From: a virus | Taxonomy: Duplodnaviria > Heunggongvirae > Uroviricota > Caudoviricetes | Virus record (IMG/VR): IMGVR_UViG_3300028374_000006 | Strand: one strand, 5' to 3' | DNA length: 64,000 nucleotides | Part shown: positions 9,331 to 18,715 of the stretch, piece after piece | Layout: each line of letters begins with the position of its first letter | Position numbering within the stretch: the first letter of the stretch is position 1 | Translations under genes and position numbers: made by a program | The notes under the pieces: model-generated | Database searches by the model: none | What the model saw: only the letters and a program-made list of their open reading frames with translations | Told to the model about the DNA's origin: nothing

Positions 9331-9716
9331 TGTCCAAGAAAAACCGACGTAGGCGTAAGCAATATGAGAACCCGATCAATACCCACGTCGCCAAGACACT
9401 AACGCAGATCGAAGATGTGGCTGAGGTGCTCAAGGACGGGCTTGCAGATCACACGGACAAGTTGGACGAGGCTCTGAACAGTATTTATGTGTTGGAGCAG
9501 GCGCTCGAAATGAATTTTTGGGTACAGCTTCGTATGGGTTATAATGGGCATTTCGATCTGGAAAGTGACGCCCGGATGGACCCGGAGATCATGGTGACGA
9601 CGGCCCAAGAATATCAGCAAGAGTATTTGGCGGTATTGGCGGTGATCACATTCTTCACAGATGTTGCCAAGTCAGAAGAAGCTGAAGGCGTTGATCCCCA
9701 AGCTACAAGCGGTTGA
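9330..9716 (+). CDS. hypothetical protein
   Basis: ORF with overlapping stop/start to the upstream gene. Confidence 0.5.
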   Translation: MSKKNRRRRKQYENPINTHVAKTLTQIEDVAEVLKDGLADHTDKLDEALNSIYVLEQALEMNFWVQLRMGYNGHFDLESDARMDPEIMVTTAQEYQQEYLAVLAVITFFTDVAKSEEAEGVDPQATSG

Positions 9717-9784
9717 TAATGTATTTATTTTCCACGCTCGCTGACACTTGTACGGTCAAACTCTGATACCAGTGAGATGACGTA

Positions 9785-10228
9785 GTGAGCGAATTGAAGC
9801 GCGGGAAAGTTAAGTTCTTCAACTATATGAAGGGCTTCGGGTTTATTTGTGAGGGGGACGAGGATTACTTTGTCCATGTCACAGATATCCAGAATGGGGA
9901 TATTCTACTTGAAGATGAAGAAGTGGAATTCAAAGCGGTGCGCGGCCACAAAGGTTGGCAGGCGATCGAAGTCACCCGTGTAGGACCACCGGACCTATCC
10001 GAAGAGGAGGGTTTAGTCAAGTTCTACAACGAAGATCGTGGTTACGGATTCGTAGAGCGTGAGGGAAAAGCGGATGTTTTTGCCCACTTTACGGATATCG
10101 TAGAGGAACAACGTGATCTCGGTTTGACCGAAGGTGACAGTGTTAGATTTATGGTGCGCCGAGGCCGGGACGGTCGAGATCGCGCCTACAAAATTCAAAT
10201 CCTGAATAAAGAAGACGATGGGAGTTAA
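9785..10228 (+). CDS. tandem cold-shock-domain protein (2 x CSD)
   Basis: 'GKVKFFNYMKGFGFI...FVHVTDI' and 'GLVKFYNEDRGYGFV...FAHFTDI' RNP1/RNP2-like motifs appear twice. GTG start. Confidence 0.75.
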   Translation: MSELKRGKVKFFNYMKGFGFICEGDEDYFVHVTDIQNGDILLEDEEVEFKAVRGHKGWQAIEVTRVGPPDLSEEEGLVKFYNEDRGYGFVEREGKADVFAHFTDIVEEQRDLGLTEGDSVRFMVRRGRDGRDRAYKIQILNKEDDGS

Positions 10229-10233
10229 AAGGC

Positions 10234-10668
10234 ATGGCATCATACACACCTTTACTGGACGATGAGCAGGAAAGCCTCCAACGAATGATTGAAGGGCAAG
10301 ACGCCTACGTAGAGGTTGTAGGTTGGGGCTACCACAACAACCCTACTATCACGGCGGGCGACAAGCGGCTTCAGGTGCGCTTTATGATGGAGTTCGTCAA
10401 GCCTGTGGACATCCAAGTGCCTGTCAATTTCTTTACGCTTCGCTTGAAGCTGAGGGACGGTAGGACGGTTTTCGAAGATACTAAGTCGACCCGTTACCAC
10501 AACCAAGCACTTCCAGTTACGGCGGGACTACAGATTGATCTTGTGTGGGATATAGCCCTCGATAAGATCAGTACGGAATTCAAGAGGATTTTTATGCCGG
10601 GAACCAAAGGCAAGACCGTTATGGAGATCGACAACGGAAAGGTCAAGCGGCCCGGCGAAGGTAGTTGA
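10234..10668 (+). CDS. hypothetical protein
   Basis: ORF. Confidence 0.5.
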   Translation: MASYTPLLDDEQESLQRMIEGQDAYVEVVGWGYHNNPTITAGDKRLQVRFMMEFVKPVDIQVPVNFFTLRLKLRDGRTVFEDTKSTRYHNQALPVTAGLQIDLVWDIALDKISTEFKRIFMPGTKGKTVMEIDNGKVKRPGEGS

Positions 10669-10669
10669 T

Positions 10670-10894
10670 ATGCCGAAACGCACGATGCGCAAGTATCTTC
10701 GGAAACCCAAACCGGGCAAGTCGAAGGTGCAAGTAAAGTGGGAGCGCCTTTATCGTAAGGCTCTTGAACGGGCCGAGGCGGAAAATGATCCCCGAGTGCA
10801 AGACCTTCGGCATTTCTCTAATAATCCCGAGGCAGCGCTTCGAAGACTGTCAATAGTCTCCGAAGTGGACCTCGAAAGAGAATTTCCGAGCTAA
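10670..10894 (+). CDS. small basic protein
   Basis: K/R-rich 74-aa ORF, adjacent start. Confidence 0.45.
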   Translation: MPKRTMRKYLRKPKPGKSKVQVKWERLYRKALERAEAENDPRVQDLRHFSNNPEAALRRLSIVSEVDLEREFPS

Positions 10895-10898
10895 GGCT

Positions 10899-11147
10899 AT
10901 GCCACCCCTTGAAAGCCACGTCAAAGACACGATCATGAACGAATACCCCGGTGTCTGGGACGTGTCTTTTTGTATGGATGGTGACGTTATAGTCGTAGTG
11001 AGTGCTACCCCCCAGACTTCCCTGTGCCTTATCAGTCTTAGTCGTCTGATCGCCGCCCATTACATCCCGTCTTACTACACGATTGACGTTCGGTTCGGTT
11101 GGAAGCCATGCCGATTTCAGGTGCTTTTTGGGAGTCGAGATCAATGA
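10899..11147 (+). CDS. hypothetical protein
   Basis: ORF. Confidence 0.45.
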   Translation: MPPLESHVKDTIMNEYPGVWDVSFCMDGDVIVVVSATPQTSLCLISLSRLIAAHYIPSYYTIDVRFGWKPCRFQVLFGSRDQ

Positions 11148-11485
11148 GTAACGAACCTACATTTGTTTATGTGCTTTTAGCTTCGGTGGAAAGCAGGCGT
11201 ATCCCTCTGGCTATATTCGATAACCGGTCACGGTGTGAAGACGCCGTAGAGACGGAGTTGGAAGAGGAACTCGAAACCTATGGTCTTCGGGTATCCGACT
11301 GTGATCATTTCACGGTTGAAGAATGGGAAACCAATAATTTCTTGTCCGGGAAAGCTGTAAAGACCTTGACCTCTTACGACCACCACGGCGAACTGGCTAA
11401 ACGGCTCGTTCCCCTTGGGATGGAAGGCAAGACGGATATGGAAAAGAAAGGCAACCGTTTCAAGCGCCTTATCGAAAAGAGGTAG
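11144..11485 (+). CDS. hypothetical protein
   Basis: ATG 11144 overlaps the upstream stop (ATGA); 'MSNEPTFVYVLL...'. Confidence 0.5.
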   Translation: MSNEPTFVYVLLASVESRRIPLAIFDNRSRCEDAVETELEEELETYGLRVSDCDHFTVEEWETNNFLSGKAVKTLTSYDHHGELAKRLVPLGMEGKTDMEKKGNRFKRLIEKR

Positions 11486-11506
11486 GCACCTCTAGCTAAG
11501 AAACTT

Positions 11507-11535
11507 TTGACAGGGTTCCGGTGTTAGGGTATAAG
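11507..11535 (+). promoter_or_regulatory. sigma70-like promoter TTGACA-17-TATAAG
   Basis: Perfect -35 hexamer, 17-nt spacer and near-consensus -10, about 45 nt upstream of CDS 11582. Confidence 0.45.
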
Positions 11536-11581
11536 GTGTTGTAAGGGACGCACACTAACCTAAGATCACACGGAGTCAGAC

Positions 11582-11836
11582 ATGAGCAAGCTACTTAACA
11601 TTGTGAAAGGCGCACGTCGTCAAGCCGCAGCGGAAGCTGGCGCTTACGATGGTCGCTTCGGCCACCGGGTTATTCAGGACCCGCGCAAAGAGTATGAGCG
11701 GACCCTGTGCCGTCAAGAGGTAGAAGTTCCGGTTGATGCCGAAGAGGAAGTTGTACTGTTCGACAAGACGGATGTAGACGGACCCTCCAGCTACACGGAG
11801 GAGGTATCGTTCAACCCGTTCGCCGATCTCGCTTGA
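11582..11836 (+). CDS. hypothetical protein
   Basis: ORF downstream of a promoter-like site and followed by a terminator. Confidence 0.5.
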   Translation: MSKLLNIVKGARRQAAAEAGAYDGRFGHRVIQDPRKEYERTLCRQEVEVPVDAEEEVVLFDKTDVDGPSSYTEEVSFNPFADLA

Positions 11837-11863
11837 CACCAGATCATACCGAAGATAGAGTAA

Positions 11864-11890
11864 GGGCCAGTTCTGACTGGTCCTTTTTCT
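11864..11890 (+). terminator. rho-independent terminator (GGGCCAG-loop-CTGGTCC + TTTTT)
   Basis: Hairpin plus T-run after CDS 11582..11836. Confidence 0.6.
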
Positions 11891-11902
11891 ATTGGGTCGC
11901 AC

Positions 11903-12088
11903 ATGAATAACAAGTACGTGATCAAAGTAGGGCACCCACTATTACGCCCCGGCTTGGAAATCGAGACGGAGGCCAGCGAAAAGTACGTGGTTGCTGTAGT
12001 TAACACCCTGATGGGTAAAGTAAGGGAGATCAATGACGGAAAAGACGGAGAAGAAATTGCAAATCGGACTCGACCTTCTGAAACTTGA
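11903..12088 (+). CDS. hypothetical small protein (overlaps dut start)
   Basis: 61-aa ORF; its 56-nt overlap with dut makes it uncertain. Confidence 0.25.
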   Translation: MNNKYVIKVGHPLLRPGLEIETEASEKYVVAVVNTLMGKVREINDGKDGEEIANRTRPSET

Positions 12089-12707
12089 TGGTTTCGAGGT
12101 CAAGGTTCACGGCAAGCATGGTCTGGTGCCTAAGCAGGCTGAACCCGGCTCTGCCGGATACGACCTGTACGCCCCTCCGGGTAACGATATCCACATGCCG
12201 TTCCAGAGCCGCCGTATGGTGGATACTGGCGTGGTTGTGCAGACCCCGATCAAGCTATTCATGCTCCTCGTGCCCCGAAGTAGCACCGGAACCAAGCGGG
12301 CGCGCTCTGTGCGGATTGCCAACACGGTAGGTATCATTGACCCGAGCTATCAGGGCAAAGACGATACCCTCAAGGTGTATCTGGAACGTGGTGCCCGCCG
12401 CAAAACGTATGTGGGAACCTTTGAGAGTTCACCGGGCTTGGGTACTAACATGGCACAAGCTAATCGGAAATTTGGGGTGTCTATGACTCCTGAAGATACG
12501 GAGTTGCTCAAGGTGGGTGCTCCCAACCAGCCGATTTTCGACGTGTTTACCCACCAAGAGAAGGCGGAAGATACGCTCGTGGTCGAAGCGGGGAGCCGGT
12601 TCGCTCAGGTGATCTTCATTCCCTATGCTCGACCCGATTTGGTGGAAGCTGCTATTGAGGAGTTTGACGAACTCGACCGTGGCGGGTTTGGTTCTACAGG
12701 TAAGTGA
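12033..12707 (+). CDS. dut: dUTP diphosphatase (long form)
   Basis: 'GSAGYDL' (motif 2), 'RSSTG', and 'GIIDPSYQG' (motif 3). Confidence 0.85.
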   Translation: MTEKTEKKLQIGLDLLKLDGFEVKVHGKHGLVPKQAEPGSAGYDLYAPPGNDIHMPFQSRRMVDTGVVVQTPIKLFMLLVPRSSTGTKRARSVRIANTVGIIDPSYQGKDDTLKVYLERGARRKTYVGTFESSPGLGTNMAQANRKFGVSMTPEDTELLKVGAPNQPIFDVFTHQEKAEDTLVVEAGSRFAQVIFIPYARPDLVEAAIEEFDELDRGGFGSTGK

Positions 12708-12783
12708 AGTTACTCAGGCAAGTAAGGGTGGTGGGCCTTGGTGGTAAGCTACGGTCGAGTTCGTCATTTCACTGCGGTGATGG

Positions 12784-13842
12784 CTAGAACGATACGTATT
12801 TTTGGTACGCTGTCAAGGTCCATTTTTCCCAAAATTCCGCATCCGCTTTTTCCGGCAAGTTGCTGTCCAAATCCTTAGACTTCTCAATGAGTTCGGGCAG
12901 GTCGTCTTGAACTTGGTCGTAATCCACCTCACCCAACTTGACTTTCCGAAGGAAATCCCGGTCTTTCAGGGGGAATTGGATACCACCGGTTTTCAGAAGC
13001 TCTTCGAGTTCGAAGATGACCCGGTAAGCGTGGCTGACCGCTTTCCAATCAACCCCATCTTTCGCCCGCCGCGCACGATTACCGTATTTGCCGACGAGTT
13101 TCTTTAGAACTTTAGCCACATCTTGAATCTTGACCCGCATATCGAATTGCTTGCCATTGATTTCTAGCAATTCAATAGGATCGTCTTGGCCGTCGAGGTC
13201 CTTTTCTACGATGAAAACCACTTCGTTTTTGGGGATTTCATCGATGATATCTTCGACGCGGTAGTACGGGTTTTGGCCCATCAAGAAGTGCATCGCATCT
13301 TCTGTGGCCTGCAGCCGGGCACCTTTCATGCCATACTTTTTGGCTTGCCCCATACAGTAACCTACGAACGGCCACACATTGGACGTAAGCAGCTTGTCCT
13401 TGTTATCCCTTAGATTGGCGTACAGGTCCGTTGAGAAGACCACACAGTCGCCCGTAGCGTGTAGTAGCTCTACGGCATAGGTCTGCCCTTTCATCGCATC
13501 TGAAAGGAACTTGCGGATTTCGATGAATTCGATATCGAGGTCGTCGGCACCGTTCCGCCCTTTGCCGCCACTGCTGGACGTAACCGTTTCCCGGTCTTTG
13601 CCGAGTACGATGCTGTTCAACGAGGACATGAAAACAGCTTTCAGGTCCAGATCGGAAGTGGGCGTAGTTGTGCCGTGCAGGTGTGACCCGAACTTGGATA
13701 GAAACAGGACATTTTCCAACGGCCCCTTTCGGAAGTCGTGGCCTTTACTGTTCACCAAGTCCGGGTCAACAAACCCTACGGAATACAGACCGTTGGATTG
13801 AAGCTCCGTCGTCACTTGTTTTAGTAGTTCGTCATGTTTCAT
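12784..13842 (-). CDS. Pol-beta-superfamily nucleotidyltransferase (PF10127/RlaP-like)
   Basis: 'GSHLHGTTTPTSDLDL' (GS-x9-DxD) NTase signature, with downstream 'AVELLHA' and 'HAYRVIFELEELLKTG' helices typical of this family. Confidence 0.65.
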   Translation of the reverse strand: MKHDELLKQVTTELQSNGLYSVGFVDPDLVNSKGHDFRKGPLENVLFLSKFGSHLHGTTTPTSDLDLKAVFMSSLNSIVLGKDRETVTSSSGGKGRNGADDLDIEFIEIRKFLSDAMKGQTYAVELLHATGDCVVFSTDLYANLRDNKDKLLTSNVWPFVGYCMGQAKKYGMKGARLQATEDAMHFLMGQNPYYRVEDIIDEIPKNEVVFIVEKDLDGQDDPIELLEINGKQFDMRVKIQDVAKVLKKLVGKYGNRARRAKDGVDWKAVSHAYRVIFELEELLKTGGIQFPLKDRDFLRKVKLGEVDYDQVQDDLPELIEKSKDLDSNLPEKADAEFWEKWTLTAYQKYVSF

Positions 13843-13857
13843 GGTGGTACCTTTAGG

Positions 13858-14457
13858 TTATGCGGCTTCCGTGCGTTCTTCGATGGTTTCTTTCGACACG
13901 AACTCATTGATGAGATCCACGTCGTAGTTTTCCAGCAAGTACTCGCGGGAGTACTTGCGTGCCCGATACAGCCGAGACATGATGGTCCCGATAGGGATTT
14001 CAAGAAGGGCCGCCGCTTCCTTATAGCTCTTATTTTTGACATCGACCAGAACAAGCACCGAGAAAAAGCAATCTTCCAAGTAGCTTTCGAGGTCGTCAAT
14101 CAGCCGTTGAAATTCGCAGCGGCCAAGCACGTCGTCAGACACGTTGCCCAGACCCTCTTTTTCCTCTTCGAGGAATTGCTTTTCCTCTTCAAGAAATTCA
14201 TAGAACCGCTTTTTACGGCGGTACCCGTTGATGAAGGTGTTACGCATAATTGTGTATAGCCATGCACGCATATTGGTACCCGGCTCGAAATTATGCTTGT
14301 ATTTCAACGCTTTGATATACGTGTCTTGCAAGAGATCGGCAGCGTCTTGTTCGTTTTTGCAAAACTTCAAAGCGTTGGCGAACAACTCTTTCGAGTATGA
14401 CGTCATTTCTTTTTCGAATTCCATATCGACCACCTCTTTAGCGTTATGAAAATCCAA
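13858..14457 (-). CDS. RNA polymerase sigma factor (sigma70/ECF-like)
   Basis: Region 2 'DLLQDTYIKALKY...AWLYTIMRNTFINGYRRKKR'; region 4 'SYKEAAALLEIPIGTIMSRLYRARK'. An alternative start at 14424 is possible. Confidence 0.75.
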   Translation of the reverse strand: MDFHNAKEVVDMEFEKEMTSYSKELFANALKFCKNEQDAADLLQDTYIKALKYKHNFEPGTNMRAWLYTIMRNTFINGYRRKKRFYEFLEEEKQFLEEEKEGLGNVSDDVLGRCEFQRLIDDLESYLEDCFFSVLVLVDVKNKSYKEAAALLEIPIGTIMSRLYRARKYSREYLLENYDVDLINEFVSKETIEERTEAA

Positions 14458-14994
14458 GACTTGGCAGACACCCCGAATCCAAATGCGAAAAGGTTCGTAT
14501 TAGATACGGTGGTCGTTCCTGCATTCAGTAGTGTCCACGCAACTCAAGATACCATATCGGACCATGCTTTGGCAACTACCCTGCTTGACTTAGCCGGGGT
14601 AGACGAGGTATTCCTGCAAGGGAATTGGGTTACCATAACCCACTCGCCAGATACGTCTTGGGACGTATTATCCCGGCAAATCGCTGGGGTCCTCCGCCAA
14701 TATCAGCCAGAAGTTGGCGGGGACGCTACGACAGATGATTCCAAATCTCAATTACCCGAGGATGACCCGAGGGTAGCTTTGATTCGTATCGTGATCAAAC
14801 AGGACGTTATGCCCTATCTCAATAGCCACGGGGGTTCGCTGGAACTCGCCGCACTGGAGGACAACACCCTCTATGTGCGATACCAAGGTGCTTGTTCGGG
14901 TTGCCCGGCTTCAATGTCAGGGACCCTAAAGGGTGTGGAAGCCATGCTACGCCGAGAAGTTGACCCGGAGCTTACCGTCGAGGCTATTTACTAA
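14446..14994 (+). CDS. Nfu/NifU-like Fe-S cluster scaffold protein
   Basis: C-terminal 'HGGSLEL...YVRYQGACSGCPASMSGTLKGVEAML' NifU-C motif. The start overlaps the divergent sigma gene. Confidence 0.7.
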   Translation: MKIQDLADTPNPNAKRFVLDTVVVPAFSSVHATQDTISDHALATTLLDLAGVDEVFLQGNWVTITHSPDTSWDVLSRQIAGVLRQYQPEVGGDATTDDSKSQLPEDDPRVALIRIVIKQDVMPYLNSHGGSLELAALEDNTLYVRYQGACSGCPASMSGTLKGVEAMLRREVDPELTVEAIY

Positions 14995-15334
14995 TTGTAT
15001 GTGATTGAGTTGGCCGGATGCTTTCGCCCCCGGTGGCTCTTTCCCACTGGAGACTCGCCCGAAGGCTAGGGGGAAAGATTCAGCAGGGTAGCGAGGCGTT
15101 TGCCTGTACCGTTGCATCCGTTCCGTAAATGCGGCCTTCGATTTTGCCGCCAAAACTTCCAGCTTCGGTACCTGTGAGGACACACCAATCCACCAAGAGA
15201 CTGACATGGCCTCTTTTCCGGCTGATTGGGGATATTAAGTGTCCAAACACGAATGTACTCGCTTGCTGGTTTAGTTTGTTAGAGTAATAGAGCGTATAGC
15301 CCGTACTCACTATTCCGCGTGTATTAAAAGATTT

Positions 15335-15363
15335 TTGACAAAGCCGTGAACATTTGGTATGGT
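15335..15363 (+). promoter_or_regulatory. sigma70-like promoter TTGACA-17-TATGGT with TGn extended -10
   Basis: Perfect -35, 17-nt spacer, TGG before -10, about 23 nt upstream of CDS 15386. Confidence 0.5.
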
Positions 15364-15385
15364 ATGGCTTTGAAGCACTAGACGG

Positions 15386-16153
15386 ATGACCGATCTTATG
15401 TCGACTGTAATCGAACCTGCTTACCAGAAATACCCTAAGCCCCGCTTTCGTAAAATGCCCGACTGGTTGCTTCAACAGGTCGCCGGTACGGTCAAGGCGC
15501 TTTTACATGCAGGGTGGGATGCGATGCGGAACCGAGGTGTTGATACCCGGAATGAGCGCCTTGGGCACACGGAGCCCTACTATTGCGAAGCCTTTGGGTT
15601 GATGAGGGCGATGCATGTTATGGGGTACGGGTATTTCGGGCCTTCTAATTTCAGTGGGACGGAAGAGCGTGGTGCTGGTATTCAGCCAGAGCAAAATCTA
15701 AGCTGGTGGTTTGATCAGTTGGTAGATGAGGTCCGGGAAGAAGAGGGTTTCAACGAAGGCTCTTACCGCTGTGACTATTGTCTAGAGCGGTATAGCAAAG
15801 ATACCCGAAGCATGATTGATAACCGTGATCGTACATTTTTCAGGTGGCGGTTCGAAGACGAGTCGTATATCACTTACGTCTGGTATGATGGACCTGTACT
15901 GGTTCATTACATTGACGGAGCCGGTTCCCGAATGATAGGGACAGCGCTCCCCGATGAACGTTACATGTACATTGAAGTCACGGCACAAGAAATAGTTGAT
16001 TTTGAAGCACGGGAAATTACCCTCCTTCAGTTGATCCAATCGAAAGAGTCGGTTTATATCGACGACCTAGAAGACGTGTCACTACATTTGGTGGCGGATC
16101 TGGATGCGCGGGACTTACCGGGCGAAGATTCATACTTACCGGGAAATTCATGA
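15386..16153 (+). CDS. hypothetical protein
   Basis: 255-aa ORF; its stop overlaps the topoisomerase start. Confidence 0.55.
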   Translation: MTDLMSTVIEPAYQKYPKPRFRKMPDWLLQQVAGTVKALLHAGWDAMRNRGVDTRNERLGHTEPYYCEAFGLMRAMHVMGYGYFGPSNFSGTEERGAGIQPEQNLSWWFDQLVDEVREEEGFNEGSYRCDYCLERYSKDTRSMIDNRDRTFFRWRFEDESYITYVWYDGPVLVHYIDGAGSRMIGTALPDERYMYIEVTAQEIVDFEAREITLLQLIQSKESVYIDDLEDVSLHLVADLDARDLPGEDSYLPGNS

Positions 16154-18078
16154 GTAAAAAATATGATGAAAATGCAATTCGGGTTCTTGAAAACCGCGAT
16201 GCGGTACGGCAACGACCCGGTATGTATATTGGTGGTACCGGCAAAACAGGATATCATCACCTCGTGTGGGAGGTCGTAGACAATAGCGTCGACGAAGCCA
16301 TGAACGGTCATGCGTCGAGCATCGAAGTGACGTTGCATGAGGACGGCAAAAAGATCACGGTCAAAGACGACGGGCGTGGTATCCCTATTGCCAAGCACCC
16401 CGATAAGGGCGTCAGTACGCTGGAGGTCGTGTTTACGGTCCTACACGCCGGGGGTAAGTTCGGCGGCGGCTCGTATGGGGCGTCAGGAGGGCTTCACGGC
16501 GTCGGAGCGTCCGTCGTTAACTTTCTGAGCGCTAGGCTAGAGACAAAGGTCTGGAGGGGCGGAGAAGTCCACGAGCAGACTTTCACCCAAGGGACCCCGG
16601 ACGGTCCAGTCAAGAAGGTCGACAAGTGCCGCAAAAACAACACGGGGACGCAGGTGACGTTTGTCCCCGACCCAGAGGTGTTTGGCAACCAGACGTTTGA
16701 CCCGGATATCATCAAGGAGCGCCTTGAAATCAAGACGTTCCTCAACAAGGGGTTGCGCATTGTTTTCCGCAACGAGGTGGATAACACCGAAGAGACGTGT
16801 CAGCACGACGGCGGTGTAGAGGAGTACCTCGAAGTGGTGGTTAAGGAGGCGAAGGTGCCGCCCATCCACCTCAAGCCTATTGTGATCGAAGACGTGGCCA
16901 AAGGCTTGAAAATAGATATTGCCCTGCAGTGGACCGAAGACACGAACGAGGATACACGGTCGTTCGTCAACACGATTCCCACGAAAAGCGGCGGTACCCA
17001 CGAAAACGGATTCAGGGCCGGGTTGATGAAAGCTGTACGGACCTATTTCGAGGTCAACAGTTCGGTGCCCAAGAGTCTTGATGTGGCCGCCGAAGATATC
17101 CGCGAGGGCTTGAAAGCGGTTGTGTCGATTTTCCTCGACGGGGACATGGAAATCGAAGGCCAGACCAAAGAGCGACTCAACAACACCGAGGTCCAGCCGC
17201 TTGTAACCAGCGTCGTGCGCAATTTCCTAGAGCAATACCTCCTGAACAACAGTTCGGTTGCCGACGCTATCACCCAGCGCATCATACAGGCAGCCAAGGC
17301 CCGTGCGGCCAGTCGCTCTGCATCGAAACATGTCCGCCGTAAAAAGCCTATCAGTAAGAAGTTGACATTGCCCGGCAAGCTGGCAGATTGCACCTCTACG
17401 GACGCCGCTGAATGCGAACTTTTCATTGTAGAGGGCGATTCCGCTGGGGGTAACGCCAAGCAGGCCCGTGATCGACACACACAGGCGGTCTTACCTTTGC
17501 GGGGTAAGATTCTGAACACCGAGTCGGCGACGATGAAGTCCATCCTCCGAAACAAGGAGATTGGGGACATCGTGGAGGCGCTTGGCTGTGGGATGGACGA
17601 TAAGGTTGATATGTCCAAGCTGCGCTACCACAAGATCATCCTGTTGATGGACGCGGATAGCGACGGCCACCATATCACGACGTTGATGTTGACGTTCTTT
17701 TATCGTTACATGACCGAGCTAATTACGGCTGGCCACCTGTACATCGCCCAACCGCCTCTTTACCGTATTTTGTCCGGGTCCGATGTGCATTGGGCCGGTG
17801 ACGACGATGAAAGGGATGAGGTGCTAAAGAAATTGGGCAAGCGTCGGGCCAAGAACGCTGAAATTTCGCGTTTCAAGGGGCTGGGCGAGATGATGAAGGA
17901 TACCTTGCGTGAAACGACGTTGGATCCAAATACCCGTAGCCTGCTTCCGGTGGAAGTGCCTACCGAATTGGAAGAAGTGACCGACGACACGATCAAGGCG
18001 CTTCTAGGTCGTAGCAGTCAGGCCCGGTACGATTTCATCGTCGATAACCTGTCTTCGGTTGACGAGCTAGATATCTAG
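16150..18078 (+). CDS. type IIA DNA topoisomerase subunit B (GyrB/ParE-like)
   Basis: GHKL ATPase 'HLVWEVVDNSVDEAM', 'KDDGRGIP', 'LHAGGKFGG'; Toprim 'LFIVEGDSAGG'; 'PLRGKILN'. Confidence 0.9.
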   Translation: MSKKYDENAIRVLENRDAVRQRPGMYIGGTGKTGYHHLVWEVVDNSVDEAMNGHASSIEVTLHEDGKKITVKDDGRGIPIAKHPDKGVSTLEVVFTVLHAGGKFGGGSYGASGGLHGVGASVVNFLSARLETKVWRGGEVHEQTFTQGTPDGPVKKVDKCRKNNTGTQVTFVPDPEVFGNQTFDPDIIKERLEIKTFLNKGLRIVFRNEVDNTEETCQHDGGVEEYLEVVVKEAKVPPIHLKPIVIEDVAKGLKIDIALQWTEDTNEDTRSFVNTIPTKSGGTHENGFRAGLMKAVRTYFEVNSSVPKSLDVAAEDIREGLKAVVSIFLDGDMEIEGQTKERLNNTEVQPLVTSVVRNFLEQYLLNNSSVADAITQRIIQAAKARAASRSASKHVRRKKPISKKLTLPGKLADCTSTDAAECELFIVEGDSAGGNAKQARDRHTQAVLPLRGKILNTESATMKSILRNKEIGDIVEALGCGMDDKVDMSKLRYHKIILLMDADSDGHHITTLMLTFFYRYMTELITAGHLYIAQPPLYRILSGSDVHWAGDDDERDEVLKKLGKRRAKNAEISRFKGLGEMMKDTLRETTLDPNTRSLLPVEVPTELEEVTDDTIKALLGRSSQARYDFIVDNLSSVDELDI

Positions 18079-18081
18079 CGG

Positions 18082-18621
18082 TTAGCCTACGAGCATAGGG
18101 CGCAGTTGGTCCAGCATGGCTAGGAACAGTTTCCCGGTCATGTAGGCGTCGTCATAGGCGTTGTGGTGGTGGCCTTCGAAGGGGAGGTCGTAGTTTTTGA
18201 GCATTTTCATTAGACCGTTCCCCTTTCGAATGTCCCCCGCCTCGGCGATACGGTGGAAGTCGCAAAGTTTCCGAAGATCAAACATCTGGACTGTAGGGAC
18301 ATCGACCCCTAGCTTGACCGAATCTTTGTAGAGCTTTTGACAATCGTCACCCCATGCCGCAATACGTATGGGAGCGTCAAGCAGGTCGAGCTTAGACCAG
18401 AAGTCGGATAACGCTTTTTCAAGCGGTTTCCCGGCTTTAACGTCTTCTGGCGTTATCCCTGTGAGCTTGGAAATGTAGCTATTTGGTAGCTCACCGGGGT
18501 TGACGGTCTCGGAAAAGAAGGGTATAATATCGAGCTTGTGAATGTCGACACTTACCGCACCCACCTGAATAATTTTTCGGCTGGGCTGATTCATTTCAAG
18601 GTCGAGGACTATAAGTTTCAT
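18082..18621 (-). CDS. DEDDh 3'-5' exonuclease (DnaQ-like)
   Basis: Exo I 'LDLEMN' and Exo III 'HHNAYDDAYMTGKLF'. An alternative longer start at 18726 would overlap lon. Confidence 0.75.
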   Translation of the reverse strand: MKLIVLDLEMNQPSRKIIQVGAVSVDIHKLDIIPFFSETVNPGELPNSYISKLTGITPEDVKAGKPLEKALSDFWSKLDLLDAPIRIAAWGDDCQKLYKDSVKLGVDVPTVQMFDLRKLCDFHRIAEAGDIRKGNGLMKMLKNYDLPFEGHHHNAYDDAYMTGKLFLAMLDQLRPMLVG

Positions 18622-18715
18622 ACGTTCCAATCGGGCTTGATTTATCACGATAGCGGGTGTATTCTCTACGTAGCAAATATACTGGCTTACAAAGGCATCA
18701 TCAGGGATACGTTTT

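Noticed and set aside
16537-17618. Minus-strand ORFs within the topoisomerase gene
   Set aside because: The sense frame is an unmistakable GyrB/ParE homolog, so these are shadows.
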